Origin: Mustelus asterias
Lineage: Eukaryota
Assembly: GCF_964213995.1 (NCBI RefSeq)
Contig: NC_135805.1
Span: 144,336,001 to 144,400,000, forward strand
Direction: 5' to 3'
Length of the DNA stretch: 64,000 nucleotides
Under the pieces are notes generated by a model. That model was not told where the DNA came from and searched no databases. It was given only the letters and a program-made list of their open reading frames with translations. Below are positions 46,767 to 59,945 of the stretch, in pieces (the first letter of the stretch is position 1; every line of letters starts with the position of its first letter). The position numbers and the translations under genes were made by a program.

Positions 46767-47014
46767 AGTAAGAGTTTTAACAACACCAGGTTAAAGTCCA
46801 ACAGGTTTATTTGGTAGCAAATACCATTAGCTTTCGGAGCGCTGCTCCTTCGTCAGATGGAGTGGAAATCTGCTCTCAAACAGGGCACAGAGACACAAAA
46901 TCAAGTTACAGAATCCTGATTAGAATGGGAATCCCTACAACCAACCAGATCTTAAAGACACAGACAATGTGAGTGGAGGGAGCATTAAGCAAAGGTTAAA
47001 GAGATGTGTATTGT
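46767..47014 (-). mobile_element. Penelope pLTR fragment
   Basis: Homologous to 30937-31190. Confidence 0.85.
46824..46860 (-). ncRNA. Minimal type I hammerhead ribozyme motif, best-preserved copy
   Basis: Reverse complement ccat-CTGACGA-aggagcagcgctcc-GAAA-gcta-atgg; helix I ccat/atgg and helix II ggagc/gctcc. Confidence 0.85.
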
Positions 47015-47041
47015 TATCCCGCAAGTTATATCTCCACGGGT

Positions 47042-47106
47042 ACTGCATCTGACTCCAGACCTTCTTTGCAAAGGCACATTCCACAAGGAGGTGTGCGACC
47101 GTCTCA
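47042..47106 (-). mobile_element. Tx1 LINE fragment A
   Basis: ETVAHLLVECAFAKKVWSQMQ; matches 17790-17855. Confidence 0.8.
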
Positions 47107-47973
47107 TCAAGGCCATCCCCACACCCCCACTTCTTGCCTTCAATCAACCGCACAACCTCAAACAGACCATTGTCCGCAGCAAGCTACCCAGCCTTCAGGA
47201 GAACAGTGACCACAACACCACACAACCCTGCCACAGCAACCTCTGCAAGACGTGCCAGATCATCGACACGGATGCCATCATCACATGTGAGAACACCATA
47301 CACGAGGTACACGGTACATACACTTGCAACTCGGCCAACGTTGATACGCTGCGGGAAAGGAATTCCTGAGGCATGGTACATTGGGGAGACCATGCAGACG
47401 CTACGATAATGGATGAATGAACACCACTCGACAATCACTAGGCAAGACTGCTCTCTTCCTGTTGGGGAACACTTCAGCGGTCACGGGCATTCGGCCTCTG
47501 ATCTTCAGGTAAGCGTTCTCCGAGGCGGCCTTCAAGACACATGACAATGAAGAGTCACTGAGCAGAGACTGATAGCCAAATTCCGCACACATGAGGATGG
47601 CCTCAACCGGGATCTTGGGTTCATGTGACACTATCTGTAACCCCCACAAGTTGCCTGGGCTTGCAAAATCTCACGAACTGTCCTGGCTGGAGACAATACA
47701 CATCTCTTTAACATATGCTTAACCCTCTCTCCACACATATTGTCTGGACCTTTAAGACTTGATTACCTGTAACGACTTGCATTCCAACCATTATTTTCTA
47801 AATTGAGTTTGTGTCTTTATATGCTGTTTGTGAACAGAATTCCCACTTACCTGATGAAGGGGCAGCGCTCCGAAAGCTAATAGCTTGTGCTACCAAATAA
47901 ACCTGTTGGACTTTAACCTGGTGTTGTGAGTCTTCTTACTGTATTTACCCCAGTCCAACGTCGGCATCTCCAC
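47107..47973 (+). mobile_element. Penelope-like element 3' part (GIY-YIG and pLTR)
   Basis: PLLAFNQPHNLKQTIVRSKLP...WYIGET; homologous to 30937-31780. Confidence 0.92.
47847..47883 (+). ncRNA. Minimal hammerhead ribozyme motif
   Basis: ttac-CTGATGA-aggggcagcgctcc-GAAA-gcta-atag; helix I imperfect. Confidence 0.72.
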
Positions 47974-48035
47974 ATAATAAAGGAAGCTGCAGCAGCTCCT
48001 CTCTCATTCAGCAGAAATTTAACTGAAGAAGAATC

Positions 48036-48338
48036 ATGTCTGGCACAGGGAAAGGAGGCAAAGGACTGGGGAAAGGTGGAGCAAAGCAACACCGCAAAGT
48101 GCTTCATGATAACATCCAGGGCATCACCAAAGTAGCTATCCGCCGCCTGGCTCACCGTGGCGGGGTCAAGCGGATCTTAGGCTTGATCTCCGAGGAGACC
48201 CACGGGGTGCTGAAGGTTTTCCTGGAGAATGTGATCAGGGATGCCGCCACCTACACCGAGCATGCCAAGCAGAAGACGGTCACCGCCATGGATGTGGTGT
48301 ACGCTCTGAAACGCCAGGGCCGCACTGTCTATGGATTC
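48036..48338 (+). pseudogene. H4: Histone H4 pseudogene
   Basis: Multiple substitutions (R to T/Q/H and others), 26-bp deletion removing GG-stop, promoter cut at the TATA box; stem-loop at 48353-48368. Confidence 0.95.
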
Positions 48339-48537
48339 TCACAAAACCCAAAGGCTCTTTTCAGAGCCACCCACATGCTCACTGTGAGAGCACTGACCTT
48401 CATACAGTTGATATATGTTTATCCTTTCTGCCAGATTTATCTTCACCTATTCTCTGATCTTTTAATCTTTAGGATGAGCCATTCCACATTTGACCCTGTG
48501 TCTGTCCCGCTGTGATCTGAGCATTATTGCTGCTTGA

Positions 48538-48775
48538 CAGAATCATAGAATCCCTGCAGTACAGAAGGAGGCCGTTCGGCCCATCGAATCTCTACCGACC
48601 ACACCCATCCAGGTCCGATTCCAAGAACTCCACATGTTTACCTTACTAATCCCTCTAAAGCTATGGTAAATTTAGCATAGCCAGTCAACCTTACCCGCAC
48701 ATCTGTGGACTGTGGGGGTAAACCAGAGAAAACCCATTCAGACATAGGTAGAATGTGCAAATTTCACAGATAGTG
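48538..48775 (-). mobile_element. Degenerate HE1-type SINE
   Basis: Same position downstream of H4 as 26470-26720. Confidence 0.75.
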
Positions 48776-48806
48776 GGCACAGTATGAAGTCGCACAACAC
48801 TGGTTT

Positions 48807-49040
48807 TGCAGTGCTATTTGTCGCGGTTCGGCCCGGGCAGCTCAGTGACGCAGGACTCTGTGCTCTACGGGCTGTTTCCGGGGACGCACACTGAGACAAA
48901 TATCAACTGCTGCTGGAGGGTCATCAACTCGGTGAAGGACGCGCTTTGGTCCGCCCGAAACTTGCTGATCTTCCAGCTGAAAGAACTGTCCTCGACCGAG
49001 TGTTGCAGACTGGCACATTCCAAGGTCCAGGACTACGTGC
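48807..49040 (+). mobile_element. Tx1 LINE fragment B
   Basis: QCYLSRFGPGSSVTQDSVLYGLFPG...CCRLAHSKVQDYVL; matches the reverse complement of 17560-17797. Confidence 0.85.
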
Positions 49041-49115
49041 TCTGTGGAGAGAGAATTGAGCGAATGTTTCGAGCCTTCGTCTTCCTAACTCGAAACGTTG
49101 GCTCTATTTCTCTCA

Positions 49116-49198
49116 GTAAGAAGTTTCACAACACCATGTAAAGTCCAACAGGTTTATATGGTAGCACAAGGTTTCGGAATGTCGCTCCTTGTTCAGGT
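49116..49198 (-). mobile_element. Penelope terminus with degenerate hammerhead, nested in a fold-back repeat
   Basis: agtaagaagtttcacaacacc...ggtagcacaaggtttcggaatgtcgctccttgttcagg. Confidence 0.75.
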
Positions 49199-49334
49199 TT
49201 CTCTCCACCGATACTGTCAGACCTGGTAAGATTTTGCAGCATTTTCTGTTGTGGTTTCAGATTGCAGCATCCGCTGTATTTTTGCCTTTATTATAACTCA
49301 GCAAATTAGATTTGTTCTCTGAATGACTGTGGAG

Positions 49335-49915
49335 AGAGGCGCATGCTGTCAACACTGATGCCCTGACGCTTGCGCGCTGCCCTCCCCTGGCCCCGCCCAT
49401 TTCCTCAGTGAGCGGAAATCCTTTGTTTGAAACTGACTGAAATGGAAATGTCAGCGCCCAGGTCAGCGAGGAAGCAGCGTTCACATCCCAGCAGCACATC
49501 CATTGGTGAGTGTGGACGCAGAGGAGCTCAGAGATCCTCACTGACTCGGGGGAAGTTCAGGGAGATTCGGGAGCTGTTTGTAAGAGGCAGAGCGGAGCAG
49601 GAACCTGTTCCGGGATTGGAGTGAGCCGGGGGGAAGGGAGAGGCGTTCCTGGGACTGTGTGAGACACTGCTGAGGGAGCCAGAAGGTGAATAAGCTGCTA
49701 GTGAAAATGATCGGACTTTTCTTTGCTCAAACCTGTGATGTATAATCCCGTTTCAGCTCCTGTTTCGCTTGTTTGTTGGCATTGTGCAGTGAATGGTGGA
49801 AACAGTGAGGATGGGAACAATCCTGTAACTGACACGGATCGGAGGCACCAGCTCATTCAGCTGAGAAACGAGAGAACGTGTTAGCAGCGGCTGTTGGTTT
49901 CAGTAAATGGTGAGT
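49335..49915 (+). promoter_or_regulatory. Promoter and two putative 5' exons of the unidentified unit (copy 3)
   Basis: gcgcatgc, cccgccc, cggaaa; donors G/GTGAGT at 49506 and 49910; acceptor tttcag at 49756. Confidence 0.55.
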
Positions 49916-50829
49916 GCAATGGGAAATTGTAACGAGACCTGAGGAAATCTCCTTGTAGCCCCGGGTAGTGACATCCTCTGAGCGGTACTGGTGTGGATAG
50001 ATTCTAAATGTTGTCAAGTGTTATCAAAGCACCAAAGTACCAGATGGATAGAGGCTGTGTGTGGGGTAGTGGAATCGGAAACCTTTTTATTGTGGATTAT
50101 GATCTGTAGAACACGTTTTATCAATTGTAAAAATACTGATTATCAATTGTAAAAATACTTTGTATCTTTCACTGATGTCGTCTGAGCTTAACTTACAAGA
50201 TATATGTTTTCATCCCCTCGGTGAACATATGAAGAAATCATTTCCAAGGTGTGGACATATCTGAGAAGAATAAATTACACTATCTCTTTCTAACTGTCAG
50301 TCGGTACAATATTAATCCTAGAGTGCAGAGACAGAATATCAGATCTTCTGTTACAGTGATCATAAATAGTCAGAACTTCAGTCATCTCAAGTTCCAGATA
50401 AGCACAAAGAACAAAGAACAAAGCACATTCAATCCAACTATCATGCACTATAAGACAGGTGGAAAAACGTTCCCCAATTCACTCCTGCTCAGTATCACTG
50501 AGGTTAGATGCAAAATTCAGTTGACACTCACCAAAAAAAATTAATGTGTGCAAAAACACGCTCACACATCTAACACTGAGAAAGCTAGTGACTCATTGAT
50601 ACTCACAAGCCAGACACTTAGCTAAAACTGACAAATGCTGACTCAAATCAAATCCACATATCAGTTATTGACAGATGCAGAATAAATCTCACGTTCACAT
50701 GCCAGAAACTGACTGATAAAGAGAGAAAGAAAAAACACTCATGTACAAACAAGACTCTGTTTCAAAACAAAACAGATACTCAAAACCAAAAATGCACTGG
50801 GACAATGAAACACCGGCCATGAAATATGA

Positions 50830-53800
50830 CCATGAAACCATTATTGTCAGAAAAAAAACCCATCTGGTTCACTAATGTCCTTTGAGGACATTAATGCCCT
50901 TGAGGGAAGGAATTTTGCCATCCTTACCTGGTTTGGCCCATGTGAATCCAGAACCAGCAATGTGGTTGACTCTTAGCTGCCCTCCGAAATGGCGTAGCAA
51001 GCCACTCAGTTGTAACAATCGCTGCAAAGTCTCAACAGAGAAATGAAACCACATTGACCTTGGCACCGTAAAAAACAACAGCAAAACAAACAGACCCTGT
51101 AAAGTCCTCCTTACTAACATTTGGGGGCTAGTGCCAAAATTGGGAGAGCTGTCTCACAGACTAGTCAAGCAGCAGCCTGGCATAGTCATTCTCATGGAAT
51201 CATACCCTACAGATAACACCCCAGACACCAGTCTTACCATCCCTGGATATGTCCTATCCCACCAACAGGACAGACTCAGCAGAGGTGGTGGCACAGTGGT
51301 ATACAGTCGGGAGGGAGTTGCCCTAGGGGTCCTTAATGTTGACAACGAACCCCATGAAGTTGCATGGCTTCAGATTAAACATGGGCAAGAAAAACTGTAA
51401 CTGGTTACCACTTACTGTCCTCCTTCGGCTGATGAATCAGTATTTCTCCATGTTGGACAACACTTGGAGGAAGCACTGAGGCTAGCAAGGGCTCAAAATG
51501 TACTCTGGGTGGGGGGTTTCAATATCCACCACCAAGAGTGGCTCGGCAGCAGCACTACTGGTCGAGCTGGTCGTGTCCTAAAAGATATGACTGCTAGACT
51601 GGAACTGCAGCAGGTGGCGAAGGAACCAACAAGAGGAAATAACATACTTGACCTCATCCTTACCAATCTGTCAACTGCAGATGCATCTGTCCCTGACAGT
51701 ATCGGTAAGGATGACCACCGCATAGTCCTTGTAGAGATGAATTCCCGCCTTTACATTGAAAATAACCTCCATCATGTTGTGTGGCACTATCACCATGCTA
51801 AATGTGCCAGACTTCAAACAGATCCAGCACCATCTATGAGGAACTGTGGGTCATCAAGAGCAGTGGAATTGTACTCCAGCACAATCTCAAACACGGCATA
51901 TCCCCCACTCAATCATTACCATCAAGCCAGGGGATCAACCCAGGTTCAATGGAGAGTGCAGGAGGTCATGCCAGGAGCAGCACCAGGAATATCTAAAAAT
52001 GAGGTATCATAGAACAGTACAGCACAGAACAGGCCCTTCGGCCCACGATGTTGTGCCGAGCTTTATCTGAAACCAAGATCAAGCTATCCCACTCCTTATC
52101 ATCCTGATGTGCTCCATGTGCCTATCCAATAACCGCTTAAATGTTCCTAAAGTGTCTGACTCCACTATCACTGCAGGCAGTCCATTCCACACCCCAACCA
52201 CTCTCTGCGTAAAGAACTTACCTCTGATATCCTTCCTGTATCTCCCACCACGAACCCTATAGTTATGCCCCCTTGTAATAGCTCCATCCACCCGAGGAAA
52301 TAGTCTTTGAACGTTCACTCTATCGATCCCCTTCATCATTTTATAAACCTCTATTAAGTCTCCCCTCAGCCTCCTCCGCTCCAGAGAGAACAGCCCTAGC
52401 TCCCTCAACTTTTCCTCATAAGACCTACCCTCCAAACCAGGCAGCACCCTGGTAAATCTCCTCTGCACTCTTTCCAGCGCTTCCACATCCTTCTTATGGT
52501 GAGGTGACCAGAACTGCACACAATATTCCAAATGTGGTCTCACCAAGGTCCTGTACAGTTGCAGCATAACCCCACGGCTCTTAAACTCCAACCCCCTGTT
52601 AATAAAAGCTAACACACTATAGGCCTTCTTCACAGTTCTATCCACTTGACTGGCAACCTTTAGAGATCTGTGGATATGGAGCCCAAGATCTCTCTGTTCC
52701 TCCACAGTCTTCAGAACCCTACCTTTGACCCTGTAATCCACATTTAAATTAGTCCCACCAAAATGAATCACCTCACATTTATCAGGGTTAAACTCCATTT
52801 GCCATTTTTCAGCCCAGCTTTGCATCCTATCTATGTCTCTTTGCAGCCTACAACAGCCCTCCACCTCATCCACTACTCCACCAATCTTGGTGTCATCAGC
52901 AAATTTACTGATCCGCCCTTCAGCCCCCTCCTCTAAGTCATTAATAAAAATCACAAAGAGCAGAGGAACAAGCACTGATCCCTGCGGCACTCCGCTAGCA
53001 ACCTGCCTCCAATCTGAAAATTTTCCATCCACCACCACCCTCTGTCTTCAATCAGACAGCCAGTTACCTATCCAATCGGCCAACTTTCCCTCTATCCCAC
53101 ACCTCCTCACTTTCATCATAAGCCGACCATGGGGGACCTTATCAAACGCCTTACTAAAATCCATGTATATGACATCAACTGCCCTACCTTCATCAACAAA
53201 CTTAGTTACCTCCTCAAAAAATTCTATCAAATTTGTGAGGCACGACTTGCCCTTCACGAATCCGTGCTGACTATCCCGGATTAATCCGCATCTTTCTAAA
53301 TGGTCGAAAATCCCATCTCTAAGGACCTTTTCCATCAATTTACCAACCACCGAAGTAAGACTAACCGGTCTATAATTACCAGGGTCATTTCTATTCCCTT
53401 TCTTAAACAGAGGAACAACATTCGCCATTCTCCAGTCCTCTGGCACCATCCCCGTGGACAGCGAGGACCCAAAGATCAAAGCCAAAGGCTCTGCAATCTC
53501 ATCCCTTGCCTCCCAAAGAACCCTAGGATACATTTCATCAGGCCCAGGGGACTTATCGACCTTCAGTTTAATCAAAACTGCCAGGACATCCTCCCTCCGA
53601 ACATCTATTTCCTCCAGCCTATTAGCCTGTAACACCTTCTCTTCCTCAAAAACATGGCCCCTCTTCTTCATCCTGGTGAAGCTACCAAACAGGACTACTT
53701 GCATGCCAAATGGCAAAAAGAACAAGTGATAGACAGGGCTAAGTGATCCTACAGCTAACAGTTTAGATCTGAGTTCTGCAGTCCTTCCACATCCAGTCGA

Positions 53801-55570
53801 GAATAGTGGTGGACAATTAAACAACTCACTGGCGGAGGAGGGTCCACAAATATCCCCATCCTCCATGATGGAGGAGCCCAGCACATTAGTGCAAAAGAAA
53901 AGGCTGAAGTATTCACAGCAATCATCAGCCAGAAGTGCTGAACAGATGATCCATCTCGGCCTTCTTCAGTGGTCCCCAGCCTCCCAAGATGCCAGTCTCC
54001 AGCCAATTTGATTCAGTCCACATGTTATCAAAAACGGTTGGAGGCACTGGATAATGCAAAGGCAATGGGCTTTGATAACATTCCAGCAATAGTACTGAAG
54101 GCTTGTGCTCCAGAACTTGCCGCTCCTGTAGCCAAGCTCTTCCAGTACAGTTACAACATTGGCATCTACCCAACAATGTAGAAAATTGCCCAGGAACGTC
54201 CTGTACACAAAAAGCAGGTCAAATCCAATCCGGCCAATTACTGCCCAATCAGTCTATTCTTGATCAACAGTGAAGTGATGGAAGTAGTTATCAACTGTGC
54301 TATCGAGCAGCATCTGCTGAGCAATAACCTGCTTAGTCACACCCAATTTGGTTTCGCCAAGGTCACTCAGCTCCTGACCTCATTACAGCCTTGGTTCAAA
54401 CATGGACAAAAGAGCTGAATTCCAGAAGTGAGGTGAGAGTGACAGCCCTTGACATCAAAGCTGCATTCAACCGAGTGTGGCATCAAGGAGCCCTAGTGAA
54501 ATTGGAATCAATGGATATCAGGGGGCAAACTCTCCGCTGGTTGGAATCATACCTGGTACATAGGAAGATGGTTGTGGTTTTGGAGGGTCAGTCATCTCAG
54601 CTCCAGGACATCTCTGCAGGAGTCCCTCAGAAGAGTGTCCTAGGCCCAACAATCTGCAGCTGCTTCATCAATGACCTTCCCTCCATCATAAGGTCAGAAA
54701 TGGGGATGTTTGCACAATGTTCCGCACCATCTGCAACTCCTCAGTCCATGTTCAAATGCAACAAGATCTGGACAATGTCCAGGCTTGGGCTGACAAGTGG
54801 CAAATAACATTTGCACCACGCAAATGCCAGGCAATGACCATCACCAAAAAGAGACACTCTAACTACCACCCCTTAACATTCAATGATGTAACCATCACTG
54901 AATCCCCTACTGTCAACACCCTTGGAGATTACCATTGACCAGATTCACCACATAAACACAGTGGCTATAAGAGCAGATCAAAAGCGAGGAATACTATGGT
55001 GAGCAACTCACCTCCTGACTCTCCAGAGCTATCCATCATCTACAAGGCACAAGTCAGGAGTGTGATGGAATACTCCCCTCTTGCCTGGATAGGTGCAGCT
55101 CCAACAACACTCAAGACGCTTGACACCATCCAGGACAAAGCAGCCCACTTGATTGGAACCACATGTGCAAACATTCAATCCCTCCACCACCAACACTCAG
55201 TAGCAGCAGTGTGTACTATCTACAAGATCTGCAGCAATTCACCAAAGATCCTTCGGCAGCACCTGTCAAACCCGCGACCACTTCCATCTAGAAGGACATG
55301 GGCAGCAGATAAATGTGAACGCCACCACCTTCAAGTTCCCCTGCAAGCCATTCATCATCCTGATTTGGAAATATATCACCGTTCCTTCGCAGTCGCTGGG
55401 TCAAAATCATGGAATTCCCTCCCTAACGGCATTGTGGGACAACCCACAGAATATAGACTGCAGCGATTCAAGAAGGCAGCTCACCACCACCTTCTCAAGG
55501 GCAACTAGGGATGGGCAATAAATGCTGGCCAGCCAGCGACGCCCATGTCCCACGAATGAATTTAAAAAAA
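50830..55570 (+). mobile_element. Near full-length L2/CR1-group LINE, degenerate, with a nested CR1
   Basis: APE remnants (EPTRGNNILDLILTN), RT remnants (ALDIKAAF, GVPQKSVLGP, YKAQVRSVMEYSP), aataaa and an A-rich tail. Confidence 0.88.
52007..53660 (-). mobile_element. CR1 LINE 3' half nested in an older LINE
   Basis: ORFs 53048-53884 and 52079-53038 with an almost intact RT. Confidence 0.95.
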
Positions 55571-55774
55571 GATACAGACTGGACCCAGATTCCCATGATG
55601 TGGACAGACAGTCGCAATGCTAAACCCACAACACAGTTAAAGAGGTGCAGAATGAAACCACGTTTTGCACAACATAAATATTATAACAGGTATATCCAGC
55701 TTTTCAAGATAAGAAGGATAAACTTAGTCTGAAAGCACACATTGATAGCTACAACAGATACGGTTAGATACAAT

Positions 55775-55912
55775 AGATGCAGGTTAGGTGGATTGGCCAT
55801 GCTAAATTGCCCCTGACTAGCTAGGGTAAATGCATGGGATTATGGGGATAGGGTGGGTGGTTGCTGCAGACTCGATCGGCCAAATGGCCATCTTCTACAC
55901 TGTGGGATTCTA
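55775..55912 (+). mobile_element. SINE 3' fragment
   Basis: ggttaggtggattggccatgctaaattgcccc...ggattctat. Confidence 0.75.
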
Positions 55913-56479
55913 TAACATGTAAACATGTGCATACAACTGTAATGTGTAGAGTGAATTGGGAGACACTGGTGAATGCTCACATAGTACATTGAAAGGTATA
56001 AAGTGAACTTTGCACTCAAATATCAGAGGTTCACAGTGAAACAGAAAATGACAGACATAAAGTAAAAACAATGCACACATACTAGAATCCAACAAGTAAA
56101 CATTAAACCCCTAAAGTCTCATTCCAGAGATTGACAAGAAATACTGAAATCCACATTTGTTTACCATCAACTAAGGGACAAAGGATAAATTCATGGACCA
56201 AATATATGACCCTGACAAATACAGAAAGAATATATAATTGCAATTACATGCCACAGAGTTAACGATGCTGAATGGAATCCACACACATTGGAAACATTTT
56301 ACATTTCAGAAACACACAATGAGGTTGAAGCACATATATCCTTAGCAGGCAAATTATTTGCAGAATATCACCCTTCTACATCTTGCAGAGCATGTTAAAT
56401 TCAGAATAAAACTTGCAGTCAGTAACACAGATCAAATATATCAAATTGCTGCACAACAGCAATCAGTAATGTGCCGAGA

Positions 56480-57965
56480 TATTTGAATCATCGATAGTCA
56501 CGGGTGAGGTGCCTGAAGATTGGAGAGTGGCAAATGTTATGCCTTTGTTTAAAAAGGACTGCAGGGCCTGGGAACTACAGGCCAGTGAGCCTCACATCTG
56601 CGGTGGGTAAATTGTTGGAAGGTATTTTGAGAAACAGGATCTACAGGCATTTAGAGATGCAAGGACTGATTAGGGACAGTCAGCATGGCTTTGTGAGTGG
56701 AAAATCATGTCTCACAAATTTAATTGAGTTTTTTGAAGGGATAACCAAGAAGGTAGATGAGGACAATGCAGTTGATGTTATCTACATGGACTTTAGCAAG
56801 GCCTTTGACAAGGTACCGCATGGTAGATTGTTGCATGAAGTTATATCTCACGGGATCCAGGGTGAGGTATCTAAATGGATACAAAATTGGCTTCTTGACA
56901 GAAGCCAGAGGCTGGTTGTAGAGAGTTGTTTTTCAAACTGGAGGCCTGTGACCAGCAGTGTGCCTCAGGCATCAGTGCTGGGCCCACTGTTATTTGTCAT
57001 TTATATGAATGATTTGGATGAGAATATAGGGGGCATGGTTAGTAAGCTTGCAGATGACAACAAGGTTGGTGGCATAGTGGACAGTGAAATCTCCAATTAC
57101 AACGGGATCTTGATCAATTGGGCCAGTGGGCTGACGAATGGCAGATGGAGTTTAATTTAGACAAATGCGAGGTGATGCATTTTGGTAAATTGAACCAGGG
57201 CAGGACTTACTCAGTTAATTTTAGGGTGTTGCGGAGAGTTACAGAACAAAGAGATCTAGGGGGACATATTCATAGCTCCTTGAAAGTGGAGTCAGAGGTG
57301 GACAGTGTGGTGAAGAAGGCATTCTGAATGCTTGGTTTTATCAGTCAGAACATTGAATACAGGAGTTGGCACGTCTTGTTGAAGTTGTACAAGACATTGG
57401 TAAGGCCACACTTGGAATACTCTGTGCAATTCTGGTCACCCTATTATAGAAAGGATATTATTAAACTAGAAAGAGTACAGAAAAGATTTACTAGGATGCT
57501 ACCGGGACTTGATGGATTGAGTTATGAGGAGAGGCTGAATAGACTGGGACTTTTTTCTCTGGAGCGTAGGAGGCTGAGGGGTGACCTTATAGAAGTCCAT
57601 AAAATAATGAAGGGCATAGACAAGGTGGATAGTCAATATCTTTTCACAAAGGTCGGGGAGTCTAAAACTAGAGGGCATAGGTTTAAGGTGAGAGGGGAGA
57701 GATACAAAAGTGTCCAGAGGGGCATTTTTTTCACACAGAGGGTGGTGAGTATCTGGAAGAAGCTGCCAGAGGTAGTAGTAGAGGCGGGTACAATTTTATC
57801 TTTTAAAAAGCATTTAGATAGTTACATGGGTACGATGGGTATAGAGGGATATGGGTCAAATGCGGGCAATTGGGATTAGTTTAGGGGTCTTAAAAGAAAA
57901 AGGGTGGCATGGACAAATTGGGCCGAAGGGCCTGTTTCCATGCTGTAAACCTCTATGACCTCTAC
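56480..57965 (+). mobile_element. CR1 LINE 3' half
   Basis: ORFs 56504-57879 with RT motifs (YMDFSKAFD, LADD, VRPHLEY). Confidence 0.95.
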
Positions 57966-59379
57966 GAGTAAAATTCCCATACAAAAACACAATGTTCAAA
58001 ACACGGTAAGATCAAGGAAACTGACAGACACAGAGGGATCCCGCATTCACTTGGCCTCATTTAAAAAGTGTAGAAAAGAAAATGTTCTCCCAAACCAGAA
58101 ACCAGCAGGTGCAGAAACGCCACCCGCCCACCATACATAGAATATGCACACACACACACGTCAGACATTAATAGGGCTACCTGCAGCCTGTTACAATGAA
58201 GTCCAAATGTAAGTATCAGACAGTAGCTGTGATGGCATACTTTCTTCCCTGAAATTCTGTAGATAGCAGGGAACTTTCTATTTTAACAGGTTTGGACTGT
58301 CCTGCTCACCATTTCCAGTACTACCTCTTTTTTTTCTTGAGATCGCCACCATTCACTTGTGAATATTACTTCATGCATTAGTTAGAGCCTTCATGCCAAA
58401 ATCCGAACCACACAAAGTTAACTCCACATTCACATTACATTAATCAACTAATTCTCAACATAACCTATGTTCAGTTCATCAGATACTGACAGGAACAAAG
58501 CTAAATGTACCATTTGCCCAACATAGATTTTCACGCAGAATAAAATATACATGTCACTAACAGTTTAATATCCATACTGGAACTTCAGAGTGGAACATTC
58601 ACAATAAATCCAGCGTATCATCAACATATGCCAATATAAACAGTCATGTTTGTATCACAGTCTAGAAATGAGCAGGTAGAGTGAATACAACACTCTCATT
58701 CCTGAAAGGGTCAGCTGCTGATTAAACTCACACTTACAGAACAGAATATCATATACCCAAGTCAAAATTATGGGGATAGGACGGGTGATATTGTGGTTGC
58801 TGCAGACTCGATGGGCCAAATGGCCATCTTCTACACTGTGGGATTCTATGATATGTAAGCAACTGTAATGTGTAGAGTGAATTGGGAGACACTGGTGGGA
58901 AAGGTGAATGCTCACATAGTACATTGAAAGGTATAAAGTGAACGTTGCAATACTGTCATCTGAAAAATTGTAAAAGAACAATACATCTGTGACTGGATAG
59001 TTATAGAATGAAGCCATACAACTATAAGAGCAGTTGATTATATTGATAAACCAGTAAGTTTTAAGGTTGAAATTGACAGTTGGAGAGAAAAATCCCTTCC
59101 ATAATAATAGAAATTAATGAAACATAAACACACAAACACCAAACACCATAACACTGCTGATAGAAGCTAAGTAAATCTACATTTGCATACAAAATATTCA
59201 TAGATACAGAATGAATGTGACACTCAAATAAGATGAACTGATACTTTTAATGTATACAAACATTTACATGTTAGAAACTGAAAGGTAGACTCAAAAACAC
59301 GCTCACACATCCTAGATTGAGAAACCCAGGGTAACATTTACATTCCTTTATCAAAATTTGAAACTTTCCCTATCAGCAC

Positions 59380-59945
59380 TATAGTTAAGAAAGCCTAGCA
59401 ATGCCTCTACTTTCTCAGAAGACTAAGGAAATTTGGCATGTCAGCTACAACTCTCACCAACTTTTACAGATGCACCATATAAAGCATTATTTCTGGTTGT
59501 ATCACACTTGGTATGGCATCTGCTCGACCCAAGACCGCAAGGAACTACAAAAGGTCATGAATGTAGCCCAATTCATCACGCAAACCAGCCTCCCATCCAT
59601 TGACTCTGCCAACACTTTGCACTACCTCAGCAAAGCAGCCTGCATAATTAAGGACCACACACACCCTGGACATTCTCTCTTCCACCTTCCATCAGGAAAA
59701 AGATGCAAAAGTCTGAGGTCACGTAACAACTGACTCAAGAACAGCTTCTTCCCTGCTGCCATCAGACATTTGAATGACCTACCTTGCATTAAGTTGATCT
59801 TTCTCCACACCCTGGCTTTGACTGTAACACTACATTCTGTACTCTCTCGTTTCCTTCTCTATGAACGGTATGCTTTGTATAGCACACAAAAGACAATAAT
59901 TTTCATTGTATGCTAATACATGAGACAATAATAAATCAAATCAAA
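59380..59945 (+). mobile_element. Rex1/Babar-type LINE 3' fragment
   Basis: Homologous to 36700-37275. Confidence 0.75.
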
